Positions 30,047 through 38,761 of a stretch of DNA of 64,000 nucleotides are shown here, piece by piece (position 1 is the stretch's first letter; each line of letters opens with the position of its first letter). The position numbers and the translations under genes are program-made. This DNA comes from Candidatus Latescibacterota bacterium. Its GTDB lineage: Bacteria > Latescibacterota > UBA2968 > GCA-2709665. The notes under the pieces were generated by a model. It was not told the DNA's origin, did not search any database, and worked only from the letters and a program-made list of their open reading frames with translations. The stretch lies in assembly GCA_965237675.1 (NCBI GenBank), contig OZ250150.1, positions 3,168,001-3,232,000 of the forward strand. The letters are read 5' to 3'.

Positions 30047-30370
30047 ATGGTTACGGTCACCGAGGCTGCGGCGGTAAAAATCAAAGGCCTGCTGGAACGT
30101 GAAGGCCTTCCCGAAGCCGGCCTCCGGATGAAGGTCATCGGAGGCGGTTGTTCGGGGTTGCAATACCAGTTGGGCTTTGAAAATGGCCCGGGCGAAGATG
30201 ACGACACCATCGAATGCAACGGCGTCAGGGTGTTTGTGGATATGAAGAGCGCGCTCTATCTCGCCGGGTCCGCACTGGATTATGACGATGGACTGATGGG
30301 AACGGGCTTCAGGGTATTGAATCCCAATGCCAAGAATCAGTGCGGCTGTGGGGAATCGTTTGGTGTATAA
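30047..30370 (+). CDS. A-type Fe-S carrier (IscA/ErpA/HesB family)
   Basis: GGGCSG and NPNA..CGCGESF. Confidence 0.95.
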   Translation: MVTVTEAAAVKIKGLLEREGLPEAGLRMKVIGGGCSGLQYQLGFENGPGEDDDTIECNGVRVFVDMKSALYLAGSALDYDDGLMGTGFRVLNPNAKNQCGCGESFGV

Positions 30371-30675
30371 TGAAATGAGCCGGCTTCCTTTGCTGAAACG
30401 GCCGGTTTGTTTCCGGATTTTGGGAGGGAGGGGTCCGGGCTGGATGCCTCCCTTTGTTGTCTGATCAATCAGTTGAACCGGAGTTTCATATTGTTTTTAT
30501 TGCACATTGCAAGCCTGCTCTTGCAAGGGTGCCGGCAGCAATTGGCACTATTGCGGAATTCCGGTGAACCGGCGTCGCCTTGCTGCAAGGAGCCAAGGCG
30601 ACAATTCACGGTGGGGCCGAATGTGCGTCAATCGATTGACCTGGACCTCAATTTTAACGAACACGGGAGGCTTCA

Positions 30676-32475
30676 ATGGCACTGGATGCATACTCAGTGG
30701 GTCTTGCCATTGCTTGCGCGTTTCTCCTCTTTGCTGCGGGTTGGTTTTTGTGTGCGAGGCTCAAGGCCCGCAAAATTCAGGACATTGAACACCACACCGA
30801 GCGTCGCATTTCAAAAATGGTTGAGAAGGCGGGCCGGGAGCGCAGAGCCACATTCCTCGAAGAGAAGAACAAGTGGTACGACGCCAAGACGACGTTCGAG
30901 CGGGAACTGGATAGCAAGAGGCGTGAATTGGAACGGCGGGATGAGGACCTCAACGAAAAAGATAACGGCATACAGGAGCAGCACGAAAACCTCAAACAGC
31001 GAAACAAGGAACTGAATCGCCGGGAGCGCGACGTCCGGCAGCGCGTGGTACAACTGGATCAGAATCAGCAGGAACTCGAACAGGTGCTTGCCGAACAACG
31101 CGCCCAACTGGAACGCATATCGGGCATGAATGTGGATCATGCCAGGGAAATGCTTCTGGAGAACATCGAGACCGGTCTCCGGCATACGGCAACCGCGATG
31201 GGTATGGAGATCATCGATCAGGCCAAGGATCGGTCCGAGCGAGAGTCAAAGAAGATCATTGCACAGGCGATTGAACGATGTTCAACGGATCAGACCGTGC
31301 AATCGTCCATTTCGGTCGTGACGCTGCCCGATGACGATATCAAGGGGAGGATCGTCGGCAAAGAGGGGCGGAATATAATCTCTTTCGAGGCTGCAACCGG
31401 CGTGAAGGTGATCGTTAACGATACGCCCGAAGCCGTGGTTCTCTCCAGCTTCGATCCGGTAAAGCGGGATGTGGCCAGGCTGGCGATGGAGCAGTTGGTG
31501 AAGGAGGGGCGGATCAATCCGAGCCGGGTGGACGAGGTTGTGGCCGACTGTGAAAATCGTATCGAGACCTTCATCGAAGAGGAGGGACGGCGCGCGGTCA
31601 AAGAATTGGGCATCGACAACATGCATCCCGAACTGGTAACGACGTTAGGGCGCTTGAAGTATCGCACCAGTTACGGCCAGAGCGTGTTGGGGCATTCCAA
31701 GGAAGTTGCGTTCCTGGCTGGCGCGATGGCTGCGGAACTCCGGTTGGACGAGACGCTGGCAAGGCGTGCCGGACTGTTGCACGACATCGGCAAAGCGGTC
31801 GATCAGGAACAGGAAGGAACGCATACCGACATCGGCGTGGCGATGGTACGGCAACATGGCGAAGGGCCCGAGGTGGCGAATGCTATTCTGTACCATCACG
31901 GAGACGCCGAAGCCAGTTCTCCCATATCCTTCCTGGTCAAGGCGGCGGACGCCATTTCATCCTCCCGTCCGGGCGCCCGGCGGGATGACGCGGAAGGGTA
32001 TATTCGAAGGGTACGTGATCTGGAGGATATTGCCCGGGGTTTTCACGGCGTGCGCGACGCGTATGCGATCAATGCCGGTCGGGAGATCCGGGTCATGGTA
32101 AATGCCGGCCGGGTGGACGACGAACATGCCAAGGGTTTGTCCTTTGAAATCGCCCAGCGCATTCGGGAGGGAATGACCTACCCCGGCGAGATTCAGGTTA
32201 CGATCATCCGTCAGACGGTCGCCACACAGTGGGCTGGCCGTTCCAATAAACGTCGCAAGGGCAGATCCCGAAACAAGAGAGGAGAACGCCGGTATGAAAA
32301 AGGTCGGTCACGAAATGACGCTGACCGAAAGAATGTACGTTCCAGCAATCACAAAGGGGCTGTCTCTGACCTTCAGACATCTGCTCGGCAAGAAGATCAC
32401 GATGCAATATCCGGAGGAAACATGGACAAAACCCAGCGGATACAGAGGGCTGCACAAGCTAACGAAGGACGATAA
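30676..32475 (+). CDS. rny: Ribonuclease Y with basic C-terminal extension
   Basis: N-terminal TM, coiled coil, KH (KGRIVGKEGRNI), HD (GHS...LLHDIGK), ADAISSSRPGAR, AGREIRV, YPGEI. Confidence 0.95.
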   Translation: MALDAYSVGLAIACAFLLFAAGWFLCARLKARKIQDIEHHTERRISKMVEKAGRERRATFLEEKNKWYDAKTTFERELDSKRRELERRDEDLNEKDNGIQEQHENLKQRNKELNRRERDVRQRVVQLDQNQQELEQVLAEQRAQLERISGMNVDHAREMLLENIETGLRHTATAMGMEIIDQAKDRSERESKKIIAQAIERCSTDQTVQSSISVVTLPDDDIKGRIVGKEGRNIISFEAATGVKVIVNDTPEAVVLSSFDPVKRDVARLAMEQLVKEGRINPSRVDEVVADCENRIETFIEEEGRRAVKELGIDNMHPELVTTLGRLKYRTSYGQSVLGHSKEVAFLAGAMAAELRLDETLARRAGLLHDIGKAVDQEQEGTHTDIGVAMVRQHGEGPEVANAILYHHGDAEASSPISFLVKAADAISSSRPGARRDDAEGYIRRVRDLEDIARGFHGVRDAYAINAGREIRVMVNAGRVDDEHAKGLSFEIAQRIREGMTYPGEIQVTIIRQTVATQWAGRSNKRRKGRSRNKRGERRYEKGRSRNDADRKNVRSSNHKGAVSDLQTSARQEDHDAISGGNMDKTQRIQRAAQANEGR

Positions 32476-32791
32476 GGGTCGCCCGAAATGCGTGGCCTGC
32501 TACATGTGCGCCGCGGCTTGCCCGGCGGAATGTATTGCCATCGAGGCCGAGGAGGCCCCGTGGGAAGACCGGGAGAAGCATCCCAAGCGGTTCGACATCG
32601 ATATGCTGAGGTGTATTTTCTGCGGCATGTGTGTTGAAGCCTGTCCGGAAGACGCGATCGTAATGACGGAGCGAACCGAACTGGCCGCGGAGACCCGCGC
32701 CGAATTGATCTATACCAAAGAGCAGCTGTTGGCGGTGGAAGACCGGGTAACGCTTACGCCGCCTCGACGGCCACTCGAAAATACGCGATGA
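32294..32791 (+). CDS. nuoI: NADH-quinone oxidoreductase subunit I (2x[4Fe-4S]), orphan copy
   Basis: TMQYPEE, YRGLHKL, CVACYMCAAACP, RCIFCGMCVEACP. GAGGAG RBS. Confidence 0.88.
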   Translation: MKKVGHEMTLTERMYVPAITKGLSLTFRHLLGKKITMQYPEETWTKPSGYRGLHKLTKDDKGRPKCVACYMCAAACPAECIAIEAEEAPWEDREKHPKRFDIDMLRCIFCGMCVEACPEDAIVMTERTELAAETRAELIYTKEQLLAVEDRVTLTPPRRPLENTR

Positions 32792-32812
32792 GTGGTCGGG
32801 TGGTTGGGTTCC

Positions 32813-33193
32813 ATGGCCGAGCTCTATAGCGAAATTGTCCTCGATCATTTCAGGAATCCGCGCAACGCAGGTGCGATGCACGATGCGGATGGCGTCGGTT
32901 CGGTCGAAAATCCGGCGTCGGGTGCGGTGGTGTCGCTTCAGCTAAAAATTGCAGATGAACAGATTGTGCGGGCCTTGTTTCAGGCTCAGGGTTGCACGGC
33001 CACGATCGCCGCTGCTTCCGTGTTAACGGATATGGTGGTCGGTCTGTCGGTTGCGGATGCGGGGGCGGTTACCCGGGCGGATGTCGAGTCCGAGCTGGGC
33101 GGACTGCCGCCCACAAAAAAACATGCGGCAGCGCTGGCCAGAGATGCGGCCAGGGCGGCTGTCGCGGATTTCAGGGCCCGGGTGAGGGCCTGA
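32813..33193 (+). CDS. IscU/NifU-N-like scaffold protein, degenerate (one conserved Cys)
   Basis: YSEIVLDHFRNPRNAG, GCTATIA, LGGLPPTKKHA. Confidence 0.8.
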   Translation: MAELYSEIVLDHFRNPRNAGAMHDADGVGSVENPASGAVVSLQLKIADEQIVRALFQAQGCTATIAAASVLTDMVVGLSVADAGAVTRADVESELGGLPPTKKHAAALARDAARAAVADFRARVRA

Positions 33194-33215
33194 TGGTTTT
33201 GATTTTGTTGAACAG

Positions 33216-33249
33216 AAAAGGACAGGGTGCGTCCGTTCCCTGTCCTTTT
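33216..33249. terminator. Intrinsic terminator-like hairpin
   Basis: Perfect 12-bp IR AAAAGGACAGGG / CCCTGTCCTTTT. Confidence 0.7.
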
Positions 33250-33266
33250 GGGCTTGGTTGGCGGCC

Positions 33267-34517
33267 ATGGCAATGGATTGCGAAACCGAACAGCGGAAGT
33301 TGACTACGCAAATCAAGGGGCAGGCACACGGGATGGGTTTCAACCCCGTGGGTGTAGCGCACGCCGGGCCGCCGGAGCACTGGGGCTTTTACCTGGACTG
33401 GCTGACGCGGGGGTATGCCGGCGAGATGGCTTATCTTGGCCGGAATCTCGACCGCAGATCCCATCCCGAACAGGTGCTTCCGGGCGCAAAAACCGTCCTT
33501 TGCGTGGGGATGAACTACGATCAGGAGACCAGGACGCCTCCTGCCGATGGCCATCCCAGGGGAAAGATCTCCAGATATGCGCGTGGAGACGACTATCACG
33601 ATCTGATGGCCGCCCGCCTGAAGCGTCTGCTGGAATGGATTCAGGGCCTGGTTCCGGAGGCGAGGGGCCGTGTCTACGTGGATACGGGACCTGTGCTGGA
33701 GCGCGATTTCGCCGCTCGAGCCGGCCTCGGGTGGTTCGGAAAGCACACCAACCTCATTCATAAGCGACGAGGGTCGTGGTTTTTCCTTGGAGAGATTCTG
33801 CTTACGATACCTCTGGTCTACGACCGTCCCGTCGCCGACCACTGCGGAACCTGTACGCTGTGTATGGACGCCTGCCCGACCGCCGCGATCCCCCAGCCAT
33901 ACGTACTGGATTCCAATCGGTGCATCTCGTACCTGACGATTGAGTTGAAAGACGCTATTCCCAGGCCTTTTCGGGAACAGATTGGGAACTGGGTCTACGG
34001 CTGCGACATATGCCAGGAGGTCTGTCCGTGGAATCGGAAACATGCCACGCCGACCAATGAGCCGGCTCTTAAAGCACGCGACGGTCTGGACGCGGCCGAT
34101 CTCACAGAAATGCTGGCTATGGACCAGGCGACGTTCAGCCGGAAATTTCGGGGAAGCCCCATCAAACGTGCCAAACGGCGAGGGTTGTTGCGGAACGCCG
34201 CCGTGGCTCTGGGCAATCGCGGCACGGTGGCCGATGTTCCCGCTCTGACGGGCGCGCTATCCGATGATGAGCCCCTGGTCCGTGGGCACGCGGCCTGGGC
34301 ACTGGGCCGTATCGGCGGCCCCGCCGCGCGCCGCTCGCTTTCAGCGGCCCGCGGCGCTGAGAAGGACGCCGCCGTCCGCGAGGAAATCCGACTGGCGATT
34401 GACGAGGTCGACAGAGGGGTCGAAGGCAAGGAACCACGTGACCGGCCGGAGAAATTAACCAAATCATTGAAGACGGACAATCATCCTGGAGTGCCGAATG
34501 CGGCTTCTGGACATTGA
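33267..34517 (+). CDS. queG: Epoxyqueuosine reductase with C-terminal HEAT repeats
   Basis: SRYARGDDYH, VDTGPVLER, CGTCTLCMDACPT, CISYLTIE, GCDICQEVCPWN. Confidence 0.95.
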   Translation: MAMDCETEQRKLTTQIKGQAHGMGFNPVGVAHAGPPEHWGFYLDWLTRGYAGEMAYLGRNLDRRSHPEQVLPGAKTVLCVGMNYDQETRTPPADGHPRGKISRYARGDDYHDLMAARLKRLLEWIQGLVPEARGRVYVDTGPVLERDFAARAGLGWFGKHTNLIHKRRGSWFFLGEILLTIPLVYDRPVADHCGTCTLCMDACPTAAIPQPYVLDSNRCISYLTIELKDAIPRPFREQIGNWVYGCDICQEVCPWNRKHATPTNEPALKARDGLDAADLTEMLAMDQATFSRKFRGSPIKRAKRRGLLRNAAVALGNRGTVADVPALTGALSDDEPLVRGHAAWALGRIGGPAARRSLSAARGAEKDAAVREEIRLAIDEVDRGVEGKEPRDRPEKLTKSLKTDNHPGVPNAASGH

Positions 34518-35874
34518 GCGATCATCGGACATACATGTGGCGGACGAAGTGGCCTCGCCCGTACCGGATGCAGCGCGTCGGGTTTATGTCGAGACCTACG
34601 GCTGTCAGATGAATGTGTCCGACACGGAACTGATGATGGGCGTTTTGAAGAAGGCGGGTTTCCGGCGGGCGGACGGTCTCGAAGACGCGGACGTGGTACT
34701 GTTGAATACCTGCGCCATTCGAGAGCGGGCAGAGGAGCGGGTGGTGGGCCGCCTGTCTCAGCTGAGCCAGGCGAAGCGTACGCGTCCCGACCTCGTGCTC
34801 GGCGTGAGTGGATGTATGGCCAAACATCTTGCCGAGCAACTCCTGAGCAAGTTGCCGTACGTCGATCTCGTGGTCGGGCCCGATTCCTATCGCCGCCTGC
34901 CCGAATTAATCGAGGAGGCGTCCGGAAGTCCCACTCTGGACGTTCGGCTCGATCGGCACGAGGATTACCTGGAACTGGATCCGGTTCGCCAGGAAGGCGC
35001 CAATGCCTGGATTACAATCATGCGTGGCTGCGACAAGTTCTGCACGTTCTGCATTGTTCCCTATGTGCGCGGTCGGGAGCGGAGCGTTCCTGCCGATGAC
35101 GTGTTGCGGCAGGCCCAGATGGCTGCGTTGGAGGGGTTCCGGCAGGTGACCCTTCTCGGGCAGACCGTGAATTCCTATCATGACGGCGAAACCGATTTTT
35201 CCGATCTGTTGAAGATGGTGGCCGGGGTCAAGGGTATCCGGCGGATTCGTTTTACGTCACCGCATCCCAGCGATTTTTCGGAAAAACTGATCGAGACCAT
35301 GGCGGCAGAGCGGAAGATTTGCCGTTTTATCCACTTGCCGGTGCAGTCCGGCTCCGACACGGTCTTGAAGTCCATGAAGCGAACCTATTCCACGGGCCAC
35401 TACCTGGACCTTGTTGCGCGACTGAGAACGGCTCTGCCCGGGCTATGTCTGTCCACGGATGTCATCGTGGGATTCCCGGGAGAGGCGGACTCGGAATTCG
35501 AGTTAACCATGGCGCTGATGCGACACGTGCGGTACGATTCGGCATATATGTTCAAATATTCGCCCAGAAAGGGTACGGTGGCCTACCGGGAGATACCCGA
35601 TACGGTGTCGGAGAGCGAAAAGGCACAACGGCTGGAGGCCGTCATTACCCAGCAGACCAGGATCTCGGGGGAGATCAACCGGCGTTATGTTGGGCGTTTG
35701 CAGGAGGTGCTCGTGGAGGGCGATGCGAGGCGGGGCAGGGGGCAGGCGGTCGGAAAATCGGACGGATTCAAAACCGTTGTGTTTCCAAGGAACGACGTCA
35801 AAACCAATACCTTCGTGAATGTCAGGATCACCGGCGCAACATCACACACGTTGATAGGACAAGCAGAACCCTGA
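34498..35874 (+). CDS. miaB: tRNA-2-methylthio-N6-dimethylallyladenosine synthase
   Basis: [36 protein letters not shown]-terminal TRAM domain. Confidence 0.96.
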   Translation: MRLLDIERSSDIHVADEVASPVPDAARRVYVETYGCQMNVSDTELMMGVLKKAGFRRADGLEDADVVLLNTCAIRERAEERVVGRLSQLSQAKRTRPDLVLGVSGCMAKHLAEQLLSKLPYVDLVVGPDSYRRLPELIEEASGSPTLDVRLDRHEDYLELDPVRQEGANAWITIMRGCDKFCTFCIVPYVRGRERSVPADDVLRQAQMAALEGFRQVTLLGQTVNSYHDGETDFSDLLKMVAGVKGIRRIRFTSPHPSDFSEKLIETMAAERKICRFIHLPVQSGSDTVLKSMKRTYSTGHYLDLVARLRTALPGLCLSTDVIVGFPGEADSEFELTMALMRHVRYDSAYMFKYSPRKGTVAYREIPDTVSESEKAQRLEAVITQQTRISGEINRRYVGRLQEVLVEGDARRGRGQAVGKSDGFKTVVFPRNDVKTNTFVNVRITGATSHTLIGQAEP

Positions 35875-35908
35875 GCGGCGGCGTGCGATTTACGGCCGGC
35901 ATGCGTTT

Positions 35909-36796
35909 ATGGTACTACAAATCGAAAACCAGAACCCGAGGAGAAACCGGAGGTTGCCGGACTGGTTCCGGGTACGCGCGCCCGGCAATATCGGGTACCG
36001 GGAATTGAAACGCCTCATGCGGGAACTGGATCTGCACACCGTTTGTGAGAGCGCACAGTGTCCGAATATCGGTGAATGCTGGGGAGCGGGCACGGCCACA
36101 TTTATGATTCTGGGAGACATCTGCACTCGCAGTTGCGGATTTTGCGCGGTGAAGACCGGGCGGCCCGAAGGCCTCGACGAGGAAGAACCCGGACGGGTCG
36201 CCGAAGCCGTACAGCGACTGGGGCTGCGACACGCCGTTGTGACGTCCGTAAACCGCGACGAACTGCCGGACGGCGGTGCGTCGATATTTGCAGCCACAAT
36301 ACGGGCGATTCACCGTCTGCGTCCCGAGACTCGTGTCGAAGTCCTGATTCCCGACTTTCAGGGAAACTGGCGGGCGTTGGATGCGGTGATGGCCGCCGGC
36401 CCCGACATTCTGAACCACAATGTGGAGACGCCGCCCAGGCTTTATCGCTTCATGCGCCCCCAGGCGAATTACGCCCAGTCCCTCGAATTGTTGCGTCGCG
36501 CCAGGGTTACAGGCGCCGGAATTAGAACGAAATCAGGCATTATGGTTGGTGCGGGCGAGACTTTGGAAGAAGTGTACCAGACCATCGACGATATTGCCGA
36601 ACAGGGTACGGATATTTTGACCGTGGGTCAATATTTGCAACCCTCGTCGGCCCACGTTCCCATTGCCAGATTCTACCATCCGGACGAGTTCGGGAAGATC
36701 CGGATTTTTGCGGAGACGCAAGGATTCCTCCACGTGGAGTCGGGTCCGCTTGTACGGAGTTCCTACCACGCCGCAAACCACGCTGTTGCAGGGTGA
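35909..36796 (+). CDS. lipA: Lipoyl synthase
   Basis: [41 protein letters not shown]. Confidence 0.97.
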   Translation: MVLQIENQNPRRNRRLPDWFRVRAPGNIGYRELKRLMRELDLHTVCESAQCPNIGECWGAGTATFMILGDICTRSCGFCAVKTGRPEGLDEEEPGRVAEAVQRLGLRHAVVTSVNRDELPDGGASIFAATIRAIHRLRPETRVEVLIPDFQGNWRALDAVMAAGPDILNHNVETPPRLYRFMRPQANYAQSLELLRRARVTGAGIRTKSGIMVGAGETLEEVYQTIDDIAEQGTDILTVGQYLQPSSAHVPIARFYHPDEFGKIRIFAETQGFLHVESGPLVRSSYHAANHAVAG

Positions 36797-36800
36797 TACT

Positions 36801-37193
36801 GTGTTTAGGTTGAATCGATGGCGTCCGAAGGGCGCGTGCCGATCCGGTCATTCCGCTCCGGCCGGCCCAGGGCGGAATCAGCGGTTTTTTCGGGTGGCCT
36901 CGGTGCATGAAGTTCCGCCTGGGACTGGAAAGTTGGTCATGACGATGGGCCGCGAAATCGGGCTCTTCAATGTCGGCGGCAGAATTGAGGCGATCGACAA
37001 TATCTGTCCGCATAACCAACGCCCAATTGGCACAGATGGGCTCGAGGGCGGCATGTTGACCTGTTTCTGGCACAACCTGAGGTTCGATCTTGAATCTGGC
37101 GCTTGTCCCGAGGCGCCACATTTCAGAATCAGAAAATACCCGGTGCGTATCCGGAAGGATGAGATTTTCGTCTCCACGGACGTAAAGGCCTGA
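36801..37193 (+). CDS. Rieske [2Fe-2S] ferredoxin
   Basis: CPH...CFWH ligands. Start uncertain (GTG 36801 or 36894). Confidence 0.82.
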   Translation: MFRLNRWRPKGACRSGHSAPAGPGRNQRFFRVASVHEVPPGTGKLVMTMGREIGLFNVGGRIEAIDNICPHNQRPIGTDGLEGGMLTCFWHNLRFDLESGACPEAPHFRIRKYPVRIRKDEIFVSTDVKA

Positions 37194-37215
37194 CAGGTTG
37201 CCGGGCGCTTTGGAG

Positions 37216-37244
37216 TTGACTTGAATATTCGAGTTCAATACATT
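37216..37244 (+). promoter_or_regulatory. Putative promoter with overlapping inverted-repeat operator
   Basis: TTGACT-N17-TACATT; TTGAA-N8-TTCAA at 37221-37238. Confidence 0.5.
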
Positions 37245-37331
37245 GTCTTTTTCGGCCGGGGGCAGGACGCTCCGGGTCCGCAGGTGATTCCTGGCGGCAA
37301 ATAGCTCCACAACATCTCGGAGACCTGGGAA

Positions 37332-38708
37332 ATGAGAAATATGAATCGGCTTTGGATAGGCGTCTCGCTGGTTGCGAGTGTTACGACCTGGTGCTCGCAG
37401 GGGCTATGTGAGGAGATGCAGCCCGTGGATTTGCCCCGGATGGGTGAAGGAAAGTTGGAGTTTTTCACGGACACCGCCGGATTCCAGGGATCAGTCGGGT
37501 ATACCCGCCAGGAAATCTACGTTCTTCTCGATGCCAGCCAGTTGAAATTCCGACGAAAGAAGAAGCGGTACGAGGCGGAAATGGAATTGGCCGTTTCGCT
37601 GGCCGATTCGGGGGGCGTCGTTGTCAACGAAGAGACCTGGAAGCGAAAGGTCTGGGTCGAAAACGCCGACGATATCGAAGGCGCGGGTCTGCCTTTTCGA
37701 GATGTGATCGGGTTCGATCTGGAGCCGGGCGCGTATCGCATGTCGTTAACGATTCGAGACCTCAAGCAGAAAAACAGTGGGTTGGCCAAGGGCATTTTGC
37801 GGGTTCGGGATTTTGAGGGGCAGACCTTGAAATCCAGCGACTTGCTATTCGCATCCGGTGTATCCAGGACGGACACGGACGGCAGGTTTTCGAGATATGG
37901 CTGGCTGGTGACGCCAAACGTGACGCGGACCTATCCGGTCGGCGGGGATATCGAGGTCTATTTCGAGATCTACAACCTGTCGCCTCCTGTTGAGGGAGCA
38001 GACAACACGTTCATACTGGGTTACAGCATGCTGGATACAACCGGCGCCTCGCTGATGAAGTTTTCAGACCAGCGCTTGCTGAAGCCAGGCACAAGCGCCG
38101 TAAAAACGGAGATCTTCAAAACGGGCGACCTGCCCCCGGGTTCGTATTATCTTCAAGTGGAGGCACTCGACCGGAGCAACCGCGCCGTTCTCAGGGCGAA
38201 GCGGTTGGTTTCTCTGGCCGTGCAGCAGGAACCCATGGAGTTGACGCAGGCGGAGCGGGACAATATTCGTTATTACAAAGATATTCGATATGTTGCCAAG
38301 GGTTCGCAGTTGAAGGAATACGACCGTCTGCAGAGTCGCCAGGATCAGATGGTGTTCCTCAAAGCGTTCTGGAAGGGACTGGATCCAACGCCGGCAACTG
38401 ACGAGAACGAACGCCTGATTCAACATTTACAGCGAATGCGGTTTGCAGAGAACAACTACGCGGCTGGCCGGGGCAAGCGCGGGTCGGATACGGACAAGGG
38501 GCGAATCCACATCAAATTAGGCGAACCGAGCGACATTCAATACAATCTGGCGGCTTCAAATGAAAAGCCGTTTGAAGTCTGGACTTACGAAGAACGGCGA
38601 GGTGTCCGTTTCATTTTCATGGATCGCCGTGGCGCAGGTATTTTTGAACTGGTGCACTCCACACATCCGGCGGAAACGTATAACCCGAGTTGGCGGTTGA
38701 TCGAATAG
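37332..38708 (+). CDS. GWxTD domain-containing exported protein
   Basis: Signal peptide; FWKGLDPTP.T.ENE...R...A...GSDTDKGRIHIKLGEP...EVWTY. Confidence 0.85.
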   Translation: MRNMNRLWIGVSLVASVTTWCSQGLCEEMQPVDLPRMGEGKLEFFTDTAGFQGSVGYTRQEIYVLLDASQLKFRRKKKRYEAEMELAVSLADSGGVVVNEETWKRKVWVENADDIEGAGLPFRDVIGFDLEPGAYRMSLTIRDLKQKNSGLAKGILRVRDFEGQTLKSSDLLFASGVSRTDTDGRFSRYGWLVTPNVTRTYPVGGDIEVYFEIYNLSPPVEGADNTFILGYSMLDTTGASLMKFSDQRLLKPGTSAVKTEIFKTGDLPPGSYYLQVEALDRSNRAVLRAKRLVSLAVQQEPMELTQAERDNIRYYKDIRYVAKGSQLKEYDRLQSRQDQMVFLKAFWKGLDPTPATDENERLIQHLQRMRFAENNYAAGRGKRGSDTDKGRIHIKLGEPSDIQYNLAASNEKPFEVWTYEERRGVRFIFMDRRGAGIFELVHSTHPAETYNPSWRLIE

Positions 38709-38761
38709 CGCGTGAAGGTGCCGGAAACCACGGGACCGGTTCGGTTCCGGGTGCGCGGTCT

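Noticed and set aside
30371-30675. 6S RNA upstream of rny
   Set aside because: No long closed rod with a central bubble could be built by eye, and zapA is absent. Kept only as a generic structured leader.
32813-33193. Selenocysteine replacing the missing Cys in the IscU-like protein
   Set aside because: The codons are TCG and GCG, not TGA.
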